NCBI GenBank assembly: GCA_030167865.1
Contig: JALAGF010004004.1
Coordinates: 1-48,133 of the forward strand
Direction: 5' to 3'
Length of the DNA: 48,133 nt
From: Craspedostauros australis
Lineage: Eukaryota
How positions within the stretch are numbered: the first letter of the stretch is position 1; each line of letters begins with the position of its first letter. The notes under the pieces were generated by a model. The model made no database searches. It was not told the DNA's origin and saw nothing but the letters and a program-made list of their open reading frames with translations. The position numbers and the translations under genes are program-made. Positions 1 through 11,900 of this stretch are shown in pieces.

Positions 1-2019
1 GCCTCGAGCGATGCATCGTGTTGGTTGTTGCTGTTGTCGAGCAGCATGTACTCCGATAGAATGCCGCGGACTTGGGTCTGCATGTTGCGGCGGGTTCGCT
101 GGTGGTAGACGACTCCAGCTGCACCCAGTGTGCCAATCAGAGCAATCACGGAGACGAAGAAAGTGGTGTGGGAGATCGGCTTTTGCGATGCGGGGATGGG
201 GTCAACGATCAGCACTCCGTCATCGTCGGCGTAGCCATACGCGTCTCCTCCCTTCGGGTTTCCTCCACCGTCTCCATCTACTTCATTGATGCATTGCTCT
301 ACATTCGTGCGGTAACGACAATAAATGCAAACACGAGGGAGTGATTCGGCGGTGAATCGTGAGCAGATGTCCCCGAGGATCTCCTCCGCGATGAATCTTC
401 CTTGGAACATCCTCTTGTTGACATACAACGATGGTATGGCAACGAGGCTCTTCCTTTCGGCAAGCTCCATCTCGGCTTGGAGAATTGTATTTTCGATGTT
501 TGCATCAAGTCCACCAGAATGGGACATGCATTCGTCGATGGCTCTCCCGTCAACACCAGCGATTTCCATAGCGCCGGTGATGCAGTCATCATCCTTGAAG
601 GATTCCCCGGTGCACGTTGTGGTGAATTCATTGACATACTTCCACCATCGGAAGCCATTGTCAACGCTTCCATAGTTCCTCCAGATACAAAGCCGACGGA
701 GAGTCTCAGCCATAATGCTGGCGCCCTGAATGACCCCATTCTCATAGTAGTAGTATGCCTCCAGGGAGCAGTATCGACCATGGTTTGTGCACATGGTACT
801 GCATTCGGGATCGCTGTCGGAGGCGCGGTCGCATAAGAACTTGGTCCCACTAGTCACCGACATGTGCGGGGTAAAGGTTGCGGACTCACCCAACGCATTG
901 ACAAGGCTGCCGAGTAAAGGTTCGGGAGGCACATTGCCCATGCCGCCAAGGGTTGGAATTGTCCAGAACTCAACGTCCACATGGTCATGAACGTCCGGTG
1001 CGGACCACGACATCTTGGCTCGGACGGGGAAATCCTCAGTGAGAAGGCGCTTCCACTGATCGGCGTCTTCCTTCAGCATCATGAAAGACGGGATCCCAAC
1101 GTCCCCACCGGAACCATCATCCCCCATGTCTGGCTCGTGTGCTTCGCACCCGACATCATCTGAGAAGCAGCTGCTTCCTGAGGAGCACTGGCAGATGTTG
1201 TCGGCGATCAGCACGGCACTGGCACCTGAATACTGGGCATTCCGCACCTTCCTCACGAAGGAACAGCCACCCCGGTCAACCATGAGGATGAAAGAGGTTC
1301 TGGTAGGAAGTGATCCATGTCCATCATCGTCTGGGCTTGGCCAAATACGTGCGTCACGATTGATGCTGCGATCGCACATGGGATCATCAGTGTAGTACAC
1401 GGGCTGCTCCATGGATCCGATGGTTGGGGTCCAGCCGAATTGGGCATCCGTGTGGTTGTATCCACCTGACATCCTCAAGTTTTCGGGATACTATGCAACG
1501 ATTGGCGTGTCGACATGCATGTTGAAAATAGTAATAAGACGAAGAGGATGAGGATGATATGGCGTTGTTGCATGATATAGTACGATGTGCTCATATGGAT
1601 TAGGGTCGCACTGAGGATACGTACGCACAAGTACTCCAGGTAGAGCCAGATGATGCCGCCCCTGCCCTGCTCTGGCGTAACCGCACATGGCATACGAGCT
1701 GCATAGTCGTACGGGTAGGGCAATAGGCACCCTACCCATGGAGTGCAGAGCTGCGCATTCATCCATGCGGTGACATATGCAGACACGAGCTCCAGACACT
1801 GGAGATGCTATCAAGATGCGCGGCAAGGCATCGTCCCAGTACAAGTACAAGCACATCACATCCGTGCACTCTTCGAGAGTAGAGCACGATGTTCGATGGT
1901 GCACTCACCGTGGCTTGCAACCGGCTTTCTGCATTCACGTTGAGGTTGACGTTGGTCGCGCAGTGCAGCGTGCTGACCGCAAGGCCGAACGCGAGCTTTC
2001 CAAATCCATTGAAGCGCAT
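1..2019 (-). CDS. Vacuolar sorting receptor (VSR/BP-80-like) with PA domain. Two exons: 2019-1909 and 1490-<1; the stop codon lies beyond the window start.
   Basis: Translated by hand; exon 2 is absent from the ORF track. Exon 1 is MRFNGFGKLAFGLAVSTLHCA...ESRLQAT (signal-peptide-like). Phase-0 intron 1908-1491 (GTGAGT...GCATAG). Exon 2 has the PA domain FILMVDRGGCSFVRKVRNAQYSGASAVLIADN and GDDGSGGDVGIPSF, then VSR motifs CTNHGRYC, RRLCIW and WWKYV, one TM helix (FFVSVIALIGTLGAAGVVY) and the tail VRGILSEYMLLD. Confidence 0.9.
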
Positions 2020-3491
2020 GTTGGTACTGCCTGCTTTGCTCTGCTCTGCTCTACTTTGCTCGAATCGGATCGACTCGGATCGACTCGGATCGAAGATGTG
2101 TGTCCTGTTGCTTGGGGGATTGTGATCCTTCTCTTGCTCTTGATTGTGAAATGCGGGAGGAATGGAGATGTGTCAGTGTTGGATCCACAGCACAATTGTT
2201 CTTTCGTGCTGTTCCGGTCACTTTGGTTGGATTCCTTTGTGTGCTGCTGAGTGGCAAACACGAACCAGAAACAGGGCGAATTGTGTCCCGTCTGGATCGT
2301 GGATATGCACTCCCATAGGCACGATGGAGCTAGAGAATTAGGTGGCCAGAGGAAAATCAGATCGGAGCATCTACCTACTTTCTCGTCGCTCTGCTCAAAA
2401 ACAATGACCATCTTTGAATTCGTTGCAGAGAGGATCGGCCTCAGGTGAAGGTAGCGTGGGATCATCAACAACAGCAACAGCAACAGCAATGTCAACCCCA
2501 ATAATGCCGCGCACGTCATCACAAGATCCAATCCTCTCATCTGATATCCACCAACCCAAGCCTCCCCCTGTGGAGGGAGCGAGAGTGCTGCTAGTGTGCG
2601 TAATCATTGATACCGTTGTTCACGAAGATTCTCTCTTGGACAAGCCAGGAGGGGGCAACAGTCGTGGCTGGTGCTTTGTTTCAATGAGTCCATATGTCGA
2701 TAAGAGTACAGTACAATCACAATGCCTCTACAATTATTATCTACAAGTGGAGCGATCTGATGACTAACAAGCGAATCGACGGTGTCAACGCGGCTAAGTC
2801 TGTCCACTCTGGTGCATCAGATTGCGTCGAATCGGCCGCCCATCACTGGGGAATGTACTGATACCATACGAGCACAAGTGTTGAGCACGCCGACTTCTAA
2901 ATGTTGGTCCACAGGCCGGTGCCTCGCATGATGGAATACCATATGTCCAGATAAACGCCATGCTTGGCGGTCGTTCCGTGTGGTGTGTGTGTGTGCTTGT
3001 TTTGCTGACAGGTGTCACTTGCCAGTCACCGACGGTGCTCAAGTCGGTTGTAGGTTATCGCCGCGAGCCCTCCAGATCAAGCGAAACTTCGCTTCTAACC
3101 TTGAGTGTCAGAGAATCCGTGGGAGGCCTGAGAACGAGTGCATTGGCGTCGTTGGGCATCGTTGTTGATGGGTATAGTTGATGAGTGTGATTCATTGATC
3201 CATGGTGGAGTGGACTGTCGGTGCCTGCGTCCGGCTGATGCTCCTTGGTTTTGGAGAACAGTTGTGTGCATATAATGGTTACGTAGAATAGAATATTCAA
3301 GCATGGTATTGTACATGTGTGTTGTTGCATAGTATTGTATTGTATCTGCTGTGAAAAAAGAAGAAAAAGGCAGGCCCTGCAGACCATCAGAGTGTCATGC
3401 TGTAACTGCTGCATACAGCAGCATGGTACAATACACACTCGCGTGGTACTGCAGAGCATCGTGGAGCAGAGCAGTGCGGAGAACAACGCGA

Positions 3492-3944
3492 TCAATCACC
3501 AATCAACTCCAACTCTCGCGTCAGCACCAGCATGATGATCTCCTCATCGCTGAGATCCTTGCCTGCGAAGGTGGATGCGCTATCCTCCAGGATGCTCGTG
3601 GTGGATCCTTCATCGAGATCCTTGAGGAGCAACGATCGGGTGCTGCTGTTGTTGGGTGATTTGTGGCTGCCGAATTTCAACGTCTGTCGGATTCGTTCCG
3701 GAGACAGCATCCACGGCTTTCGCGATTGTGGAGACTTGGGTGCGCCGTGGTTTGAATGATGATGGTGCCTCTTCTTCAGAGGGTTCGGCAAGCGGATGTG
3801 GTGGTTTGTGGAGTTGTTGGAGGAAACGCCAGCTGATGAATGGGCTGCTGCTGTGCCTGCGACCGTCCCTGCCCCTCGTCGCTCCGGACCTCGCAGCTCG
3901 ATGAACTCGACGGGCGGAGAGTGTCTGCGGTGTTTGTGTGGCAT
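3492..3944 (-). CDS. Small hypothetical protein (about 150 aa, MPHKHRRHS...RELELIGD)
   Basis: ATG at 3944 follows a CAA-rich leader typical of other 5' UTRs in this window. The composition looks protein-like, but no family was recognised. Confidence 0.45.
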   Translation of the reverse strand: MPHKHRRHSPPVEFIELRGPERRGAGTVAGTAAAHSSAGVSSNNSTNHHIRLPNPLKKRHHHHSNHGAPKSPQSRKPWMLSPERIRQTLKFGSHKSPNNSSTRSLLLKDLDEGSTTSILEDSASTFAGKDLSDEEIIMLVLTRELELIGD

Positions 3945-4060
3945 GGTGGCGTTGTGTGTCTTGTTGTTGTTGTTGTTATTGTCGTTACTGTCGTTACTGT
4001 CGTTTCTGTTGTTGTTGTGGATGACTTTGAGATTGTGAGCACACGAAGTCTTGAGTGCTG

Positions 4061-4144
4061 TGATACCTTGGGTGATACCTTGAGTAATACCTTGAGTAAT
4101 ACCTTGAGTAATACCTTGAGTAATACCTTGAGTAATACCTTGAG
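4061..4144. repeat. Tandem repeat, 7 copies of a 12-bp unit (consensus TAATACCTTGAG)
   Basis: Five perfect copies at 4085-4144 plus two variant copies (TGATACCTTGGG, TGATACCTTGAG) at 4061-4084. Confidence 0.95.
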
Positions 4145-5459
4145 TGATGCTTTGTGAGGTTTGTTTGGATGTTGCTCCATTCACAGATTGTGTTGGAGTC
4201 GACCTGTTGCAGGTTTGTGAGAGCACTTCATCACATGCATGCTTGTATGCTTGCATACTCGCACACCCACACACTCACGTTCACACACATGTCAGCACAA
4301 GGCGAAGGTGCCAGTGACTGCAGAACCGATTTCTTCGGGAGGTCACCATTGGTGCGTAACTCCATGTCAGTCCTGTTTTTGGCGTGCTTTTCCCATTCTT
4401 CTGTCAACGAGGGCGCAGCCACACTTCCAGTGCGTTGTTTGGCAGTTCGTTACTTCGTCAGTTCGCTCGTTCGTTCTCTGTTCCTGGTTGCTTGGCCGCC
4501 ATTTTGTTTTTGCGCGACACTGTTTCGCCAAGAGATCGGAGAGGCGCTCACTACAAGACTCATCAAACGGCCACCAGTTACATGTGTGTCGTATTGTGTC
4601 AGTTCGTTAAGCACCAGCCCTTCCTTTCGAGCGAGGCGGTCACAACATTGAGAACTGGAACAATCCATTTTTTTGTTTGAGTCCCTCTTGCGCACAACTC
4701 CCCATCCTCTCTGCATTTCGCCAGACGTGAAAACACAAGGCAACATCAAGTCACACGCACTCCTCCACAAAACCAACTCACGCGTAACAGGGCAGACACA
4801 AGTAAGCGCATCACACACAAGATGTCCCTCGATTACTCACACTCAGTCGTGTGGCGACTCTCGAAACCGAATCCTCCAATTCGTGCGTACGACCATGAAC
4901 ACAACTCCAGGAACATGATCCCCTGCCAGGAACGCAAAGACCTCAGAGAACACCATGGTCGCCTTTTGTGGAGGCGTCGCAGTCCATAGGTGTTCCAACA
5001 ATCCGGCCCCGATCCTTCCTTCCATGCTTCGCCCGAGAGTGTCGCTCGCTGCAAAAATGATGCGTTCGCCATTACACCCAAGGAGATTGGGCTGCGATGT
5101 TGTGTGGGTGTGGTGTGGATGTTCCGAGGATCTCATCTCGCTGCGATAGATCGTACTACACGAAACAAGATGATGGATCGTCGACTCTCCCTTTCTCAAC
5201 TGGTGGCACTGGTAGATTTTGACTCATACTGATGCCGAAGTTGGAGTTGGCGTTCCTGTTGACGTTCATATTCCTAATTGTACCATCTACTCGAAGTCCT
5301 AACACGCGTTCCTCCCATACTCCATGCGCGCCACGCTCTCAATGTCGTCAACGCTGTTGTCTGAAGCATCGTATCGCACTAATACATCCGATCATAGTAC
5401 AATACTGCGCTCTATTGGTGTTACTGGAGTGAATCACATGCATGTGTTTGAAGCAGTTC

Positions 5460-8444
5460 CTACCGCTGTTGTTGCCCCTGTCCTTGTTCCTGCTGCTCCA
5501 GTGACCGAAGATACTCCTCGTAGGAGACGACTCCCACTTCGGAGGACGGCACGATTCGAACAAAGTACCGCTTCGCCTTGGCCGAGAGCACTCCCATCCA
5601 GGCATCGTACGCGCTGTAGTCTCGCTGCGATAGCGGGGACCAATCGCCCTCGTAATCGTATCCGATTTCCTCGGCGATCTCGTCTTCCAGATCCGAGCTG
5701 TCGCCCCTCTTTTCGCTGTCGACCGCGCGGACCTCCTGATCTGTATGCTCGACTTCGCCGCCAAACACGCCCTTGACCGCGTTGCCCTCGTCCACGACAT
5801 TCTCGACTCGTTCTATTTCATCGTCGTCGTTGATTTCAACGTCTGCTGCCTTGCCGTCCGCGTTGCCTTGTTCAGATGCCCTTTCAGGGTCGTCGCCAGC
5901 TGCGCCCGCCTCGTCATCGCCCTCGTCATTCTCGCTGCCATCCGCGACATCGCGTCCTTGGTCTGCCTTTGTCGTTGTCTCGGCTTCTGTCTCCAGCAAT
6001 CGCCGTTGATTGCTGCTGACCCGCTTGTACCACGAGTAATGCTTGCCGCTGCTGCCTTCGCGAACGGTCTTGACACCGTCACCGACCCACCATGGATCGA
6101 TGCCCAGAGACTGCTTCATCATCACGCGGCTGAACATGTCGTGGAGGCCGAGGATGAATTCCAGAGCGGATCGATCGGAATCCACCTTCCACTGCACCAC
6201 TTCTCCGAACACGTCGCAGCGGAACAAGCGGCTGTCATCGGATTGCAACGTGTGCACGAGCCAGCGAGAATCCAGGAGGTCCATGAAGTTGCCATCGCCA
6301 AACAGTTGGTCTTTCACCGCAATCCTGATCATGCGATAGGCGGCATTCTGCACTGCCGACGAGACGGAAGGCAGGACCTGATCTGTCCTGGGTTCTTCCA
6401 ACACGTCGTCATCGCCGTCGCCGTCGGTGGATGCGAACAGGCTGTTGTTTGGCTCCCCTTTCCCGATGAGCATCGCCGTCGCGCCTTCCATCCCCTCCTT
6501 GTAAGGCTGCGTCGAGGCTTCATCCAAAAGCTTGGAGATGCTCTCGACCAGAAGGTTGGGCTCGATGAAGATGGCCCGCGTTGTCTTGGGCCCAAAGAAA
6601 AGGCCAGGCGACAGCTTGGGCAGCAACCGCAACATGTCTTTCGTCCGATTGTCCTCGACGGATGGGATGGCCAAAGGCACCAGTATCCACTGGCCGTGGT
6701 ATAGCACATGATTGCCTCCGCTCCAGAGAGATTGGAGGATGCTGCGTTGGCGCAGTGACTTGACCAGCGCGCTCGATTCCGAAACGAATGCCAGATTGCA
6801 CTTCCCCGTGACGAAGGATTTGGTCCCATCGCGTAGCTTGACATGGGTTGACGGGAGGGACTCCAACGACTCGTCAAAGTCGACAGTGTATAGGACAGTC
6901 TTGCAGTTCTTCGTCAGTGTTTGGGTCCAGCCGACGATGGGGTCGTAGAATGACGGTGTGCATTGTCCTTCGTGAGAGCATTCCGACGAGCATGGGAACA
7001 CCGGTATTCCGTTGAGGCAATCCTCGTCGAACGGACGGCAGCTCACGATCCCGTTCTTCGCAATGAGGGTACTCTTTTCATCCACCTGGCCGATGCGGCC
7101 ACCGTAGGGGAAGGCGCGATCGTAGTGCCATGCCAGCATCTGGACGATGCCCTGCTTGAGCTCTGTTTGGGGCTTGTATCCCAGATATGCGTTGGCACGC
7201 TCGATTGAGCCCACGGCAACATTTCTTGGCTTGGCAGATGATGACGATGTGTCGTCACCAGGGTGCTTGGGATTTCCCTCTTCGTCCTTCGGTGGGAAGT
7301 ACTCCTGCATGATGGATGCGATGTCGCGCAACGATGATCCTGACCCGCTGGCCACGTTGAAGATGACTGGGTGAGGTTTGTCCTTGACATTGCCATCACT
7401 GGTTGAAGTTCGCGGGCGGTACTGCATCGCTGCCATGATCGCGTTGACTGCATCATCGATGTAGACGTAGTCGGAGATGCTGTCGATGTCCTGCATTCCG
7501 AGGGTCCCTTCCACGCCATCCAGGAGGTTGGAATCGCCGCTGACGGCTCGTTCCGCCATTTCGAAGAGCGGCGTTCCCGGGACGCTCCATGGACCGTAGA
7601 CAGAGAAGAATCTCAATCCCACCCCGTACAATCCATACAAGTCATGATAGAGCTTGCACAGCATCTCATCCATGAGCTTCGACGTGCCTCGGAACGACCG
7701 CGGAGTCGAGATGGTCAGCGTTTCTACCAAAGGTTGATGCGCTGCCTGGTCCGTCGTGGCGTGGGGGTAGACATCGGAGGAGCTGGCGAAGACGAAGTGG
7801 GGCATCGGATGGTCCGGATCCTCGCGTTGCAGCTTCGCCATTTGCTCCAGCAGCGCCTCCATCATGCCGGCCTTGGGGTTGTCCTTCTCGCGTGACACGA
7901 TCTGCTGCAAGGGCGACTGAGGATGCGCCGATGGGTCCGCCAGATGCACGATGTGAGTGATGTCCGGATGCTCGCGAAAGATGTGATCCAGGACGGGCAC
8001 TTCTCCCAAATCGAAGTAATCCGGAATCGACGGGCGCACATCGACTCGCCAGAACTGGCCCACGCTCCCCAGCGTCTGCAGCACCGAGAAGGTGCGCTGT
8101 CTCTGGAATTCCAGCAACGCCAGCTCCTCCTCCGACTGCGGCTTGGGGTTCATGCGATCGACGCAGATGATCCTGCGCGGCTGGTACGTGCGATGCAAGG
8201 CCAGGGCCAACGAACTCCCGATGAAGCCTGCCGCGCCTGTGATCAGCACGACGCTGTCCTGCGTCAGGAAGTCTCGGGGCAGCTCCTGCTCTGCATCGCG
8301 CGTCGCATGTCCCTGCTCGTTGGCAGCCGCACTGGAAGTCCCGAGAGCTGGCAGCAGCAGCAAGAAGGCCAGCAGCATGGACACAATGGACGGTCTTGCA
8401 TCAGATCGTTGGACGGTGTGCGCAGCTATTCTGGAGATCTGCAT
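5460..8444 (-). CDS. Secretory-pathway fusion protein: UDP-glucuronate 4-epimerase-like extended SDR domain (degenerate active site) plus DUF616/TOD1/MUCI70-like domain, with an acidic insert near the C-terminus
   Basis: 994-aa ORF with N-terminal hydrophobic segment MLLAFLLLLPALG. SDR motifs: VLITGAAGFIG, HLA, FASSSDVY, LRFFSVYGPW, DYVYIDD, IFNVASG. C-terminal half: VLYTVDF, CNLAFV, WILV, LPKLSPGLFF...AIFIEP, FRCDVFGEV, DRSAL, which resemble DUF616 motifs. Confidence 0.8.
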   Translation of the reverse strand: MQISRIAAHTVQRSDARPSIVSMLLAFLLLLPALGTSSAAANEQGHATRDAEQELPRDFLTQDSVVLITGAAGFIGSSLALALHRTYQPRRIICVDRMNPKPQSEEELALLEFQRQRTFSVLQTLGSVGQFWRVDVRPSIPDYFDLGEVPVLDHIFREHPDITHIVHLADPSAHPQSPLQQIVSREKDNPKAGMMEALLEQMAKLQREDPDHPMPHFVFASSSDVYPHATTDQAAHQPLVETLTISTPRSFRGTSKLMDEMLCKLYHDLYGLYGVGLRFFSVYGPWSVPGTPLFEMAERAVSGDSNLLDGVEGTLGMQDIDSISDYVYIDDAVNAIMAAMQYRPRTSTSDGNVKDKPHPVIFNVASGSGSSLRDIASIMQEYFPPKDEEGNPKHPGDDTSSSSAKPRNVAVGSIERANAYLGYKPQTELKQGIVQMLAWHYDRAFPYGGRIGQVDEKSTLIAKNGIVSCRPFDEDCLNGIPVFPCSSECSHEGQCTPSFYDPIVGWTQTLTKNCKTVLYTVDFDESLESLPSTHVKLRDGTKSFVTGKCNLAFVSESSALVKSLRQRSILQSLWSGGNHVLYHGQWILVPLAIPSVEDNRTKDMLRLLPKLSPGLFFGPKTTRAIFIEPNLLVESISKLLDEASTQPYKEGMEGATAMLIGKGEPNNSLFASTDGDGDDDVLEEPRTDQVLPSVSSAVQNAAYRMIRIAVKDQLFGDGNFMDLLDSRWLVHTLQSDDSRLFRCDVFGEVVQWKVDSDRSALEFILGLHDMFSRVMMKQSLGIDPWWVGDGVKTVREGSSGKHYSWYKRVSSNQRRLLETEAETTTKADQGRDVADGSENDEGDDEAGAAGDDPERASEQGNADGKAADVEINDDDEIERVENVVDEGNAVKGVFGGEVEHTDQEVRAVDSEKRGDSSDLEDEIAEEIGYDYEGDWSPLSQRDYSAYDAWMGVLSAKAKRYFVRIVPSSEVGVVSYEEYLRSLEQQEQGQGQQQR

Positions 8445-8978
8445 CGTTCCGTTTCTCTGTTGTTGCTTGTGCTCTGGCTTGTGCTATGGCTTGTGCTCTG
8501 ACTTCTGATGTTGCTTCCCTCCTCTTCTGTCCACGATGTATTGTGTATCCGTGTGTGTACTGATATGGCACGGATACTTGTAGAATAGTATGGTGCAATG
8601 ATGCCAGAGGAGAGACAAGAGATGATTGCCTTTCCGTCTTCGTTCGCTGTGGAATTTTTGAATACTTTGCTTTGGTTTGCTTCCGTGTTCGCACTGGTCG
8701 GAACCGCGCATGTCATTGTTCTCTTCATGGTTGCTCCGTGATGTTGTCTCGTGTTGTGTCTTGCGGGAATGGCGCACGATACGACTACAATCGTGGTCGG
8801 AATCCGCACACGCTCGGACCCACGCCCATCTCTCTCTGTCTCGTAGGTACCAACAGTCTTTGGAGTTGGGATCCCCCTGGACATCCATTGCATTGTTTCA
8901 TCATGCAAATAGAATGGCATATCATATCATATCCTATTGTATTATATTGTATTATATTCCTCTGACACGAAAAATCTG

Positions 8979-11900
8979 CTACCAATTCTTGAGAACCGCA
9001 TCATCCACTGTTTCGCGGATGAGCTTCCACTTGACGTCGAAGTTCCCGGGCACGCCGCTCTTTTGCATGCCACCGATCAACTCGGCCATGGAATGCACGC
9101 GGCGTGACAACAAATCGTGCTCCAGCTTCGTCTTCAGGTCCCACAGCGCGTTGCAGATCTTTGGCCATCGGGAGATGGTCACCCCGTCCGAAATCAGGCT
9201 GCTGCACAGGAACAGGGCCTTGGCCACGTCCTTTCGCAATATCTCCTCCTGCTCGGTCATTGTCGATGCGTCTTCAGTGTCGTTGTGGAATCTGCGGATC
9301 CACAACAAGGAGAGCATCTCGCGCACGCGGTCTCGCTTCATGGGTGTCTTGGGGAAGAATCCGTGTGATCGATTCGTGTACACCTCCACGTCTTCTCCGG
9401 AATCGTTGGCGGATCGGATCAGGGCGAGGATGCGCCGTTCTTCGCTGGGGTCGAGCTCCAACAGCATCTCGTGCAAGGCTCTGGACCCTGACAGCAGGAC
9501 GTCCCGCCCGTTCTCCGTCATGTCCAGATTCTCGTCCATCAGGATGAGCATCTTGCACTCGGGGTCTTCGTTGAGGAGTCGTTTCACCGTGCCGCCGAAA
9601 CCACGGATTTCCTGTGAAGTTTTGCCCAGCAGGAGGCAGTGGTCCTTCGGAACGCCTGCATTTTCGAAGAGCTTGCCCAGCAGCTTGCGTTGGATCAGGG
9701 AGTCGTCGACAGCTATGGCCCACGTGCCCTCCGGCACAGTGAAGTTGCTTGGCTTGCCCCACGGCCGCAGGGTATCGTCCAGCTCCGTGAACTCTTTGCT
9801 CGGGCATCGGAAAGTGAATGTCGTGTGATCGGAGGAAAAGGAGATCGAGCACTCCCCCTTCAACGTCTTCGCACATTTGTTCATGATCCATGCGCCATCC
9901 CCAGACGAAACGATCGGCTTTCCCATCTGCAGCTCGGCATGCAGCCTTCTCCCCTGTTTGAAGACCCCCTCGGTCGCCTCTGGACCCATTGACACGAGCT
10001 CGTCGTGGCTGGGACCTGGCAGATTGCTCACCTGCAGCAAGAATTCCTGCGTTTCTCTGTCGAAGCTCACGCTCGTCGTCACGAGGCCGCCCTCCTGGCC
10101 GTACTTGCAGGCATTCGACACGGCGTTCCTGTGGATGTATTTCAGCAGCTGGGAGTCCAGAAGAAAGAAGCTGTTCTCATCAGAATTGTTCACGACCTTG
10201 AATCTGTTCGATGAGCCCCCATCGATGACCGATGTCTCGAGCGTGTGCATGACGTTGAGGCGCTCCAGCTTGGGACGGTACACGCCATGAATGACATCAC
10301 GCGCCATGGCCTCGGCCATGACTGTGTCGAGGATCTCATGCAACACCCAATCCATTTCATCGATTCTCTTGTTGAAGAGCCCAAATGGAGGTTTGGACAA
10401 CGAGGACTCCGTCGTTGACGTGCCGTCGACTTCTGGCAGTTTTAGGTTCGCCCCGGATTCGCTCAGCCGTGCTTGGTTCAGGCTGCTTTTGAGACAGTCA
10501 CACAGCTCGATGCCTGCCAGCAATCCGTTCTTTACCTCGTGCCTCGTGAAGCGGTTCACGGCCTGGGCGTCCTTCTGGCGCGCCTGCGATTCCATGACAG
10601 CCCTTTGTTCCGCTTCGCCGAGTAGGTACCTGTGCGTTGGCGCCATTGCGAATTCGTTCAAATGCCGAAGATTACGAGAGAGGTGCACACGCATGCAATA
10701 TGAGCAACGAGGAGGGCACGCGAGGCAAAATTCCAAGTTTGGAGTGAGCGAATGGGCGAGTGGGTGAATGGATGGATGAACGAATGAGTTCATCGCTGGC
10801 TTTCTGCAAGCACGCACGTATCGGAACACGCACGAGCGGATGTCTGCCAAGCATACAGTTATTAATACGAAAAGAAGCAGGGTTGCAACACCAGCAGGTA
10901 CTCACTGTTCCGTGTTGTCCCGAACAATGCCAATGACCGCATCCTCAGTATCCTGAGTGATCTTGATCTCGCATTTCGCCATCCTACGTGAGTACGTGAT
11001 GACATCGTGCAGGACTGTCGGAGAGCCACTCTTCCACTGCCATGTGGCGTTAATGATCTCCATGGCCTCCACCACGAGGTGTTCCTTGAGGTCCACCTTG
11101 ACCGTGTCCTTGATGCCGTGCTCGTCGAAAGGGACGGCCATGCTGACGAAGTACGCCTTCATGGCGACGAGTGTCTTGGCCGGTCGCATTGGCTTGTCCT
11201 CCCCTATCGTTGATTCGTCGTTCCTGCCTGGCTTCAGCTGCTGCTGCTCCTCCTGTTCTTGTTGGGAGAGCACGGTCGTTTCGATCACCAGTGCGGAGCG
11301 GGCCTTGGTTTCAGAGAATCCAATGAGGTTGAGGAATGTCGGCGAGATCATGGTGGACACCTGGTTCGGTCCGCTGGCAACCGAGATGACGATGCTGTCA
11401 GATGATGACTCCCAAAGGACGTGGAGCATATGCCGCAGCTCCTGCAGACGCCGACGGACCTGGCCGCCAGCATCGAAGACCGCGTTGTGGACTGTGTCGA
11501 TGATCTTCATGTAGACTATCTTGGCGGCAAGGTCGAAGAGGGTGTCGGAAATCATGGCGAGGCCATCAACTCGCCATGGATGGCCCGGTTCCGCCACGAG
11601 GTGAATGACCATATTGACGAAGTAAACGACGACAAGGAAGGTCCAAAAGAATCCGCAGAAGAAAACGAGGCGGAAGGAGAAGATAAGTCGGTCCTCGATC
11701 TCGTTGCTGCGGGCGTTTTGGTTCTGCGAAGCGCGGAAGCGCTGCAATCGTCTCCATCGGAACCAAATGCGCGGGAAGATGAGAAAGTACGTGACGCATG
11801 AAATGGTCATGACGACGACCCAGCTGAACAAATCGGGGCACATCGGAAGGAAGAGTCCGCAGATGGCCGAAGTGAACTGGAGGAAGGCGCTCGTGTACTG

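Noticed and set aside
4061-4144. Possible CRISPR-like array
   Set aside because: The 12-bp units are contiguous with no spacers, there are no cas genes, and the context is eukaryotic.
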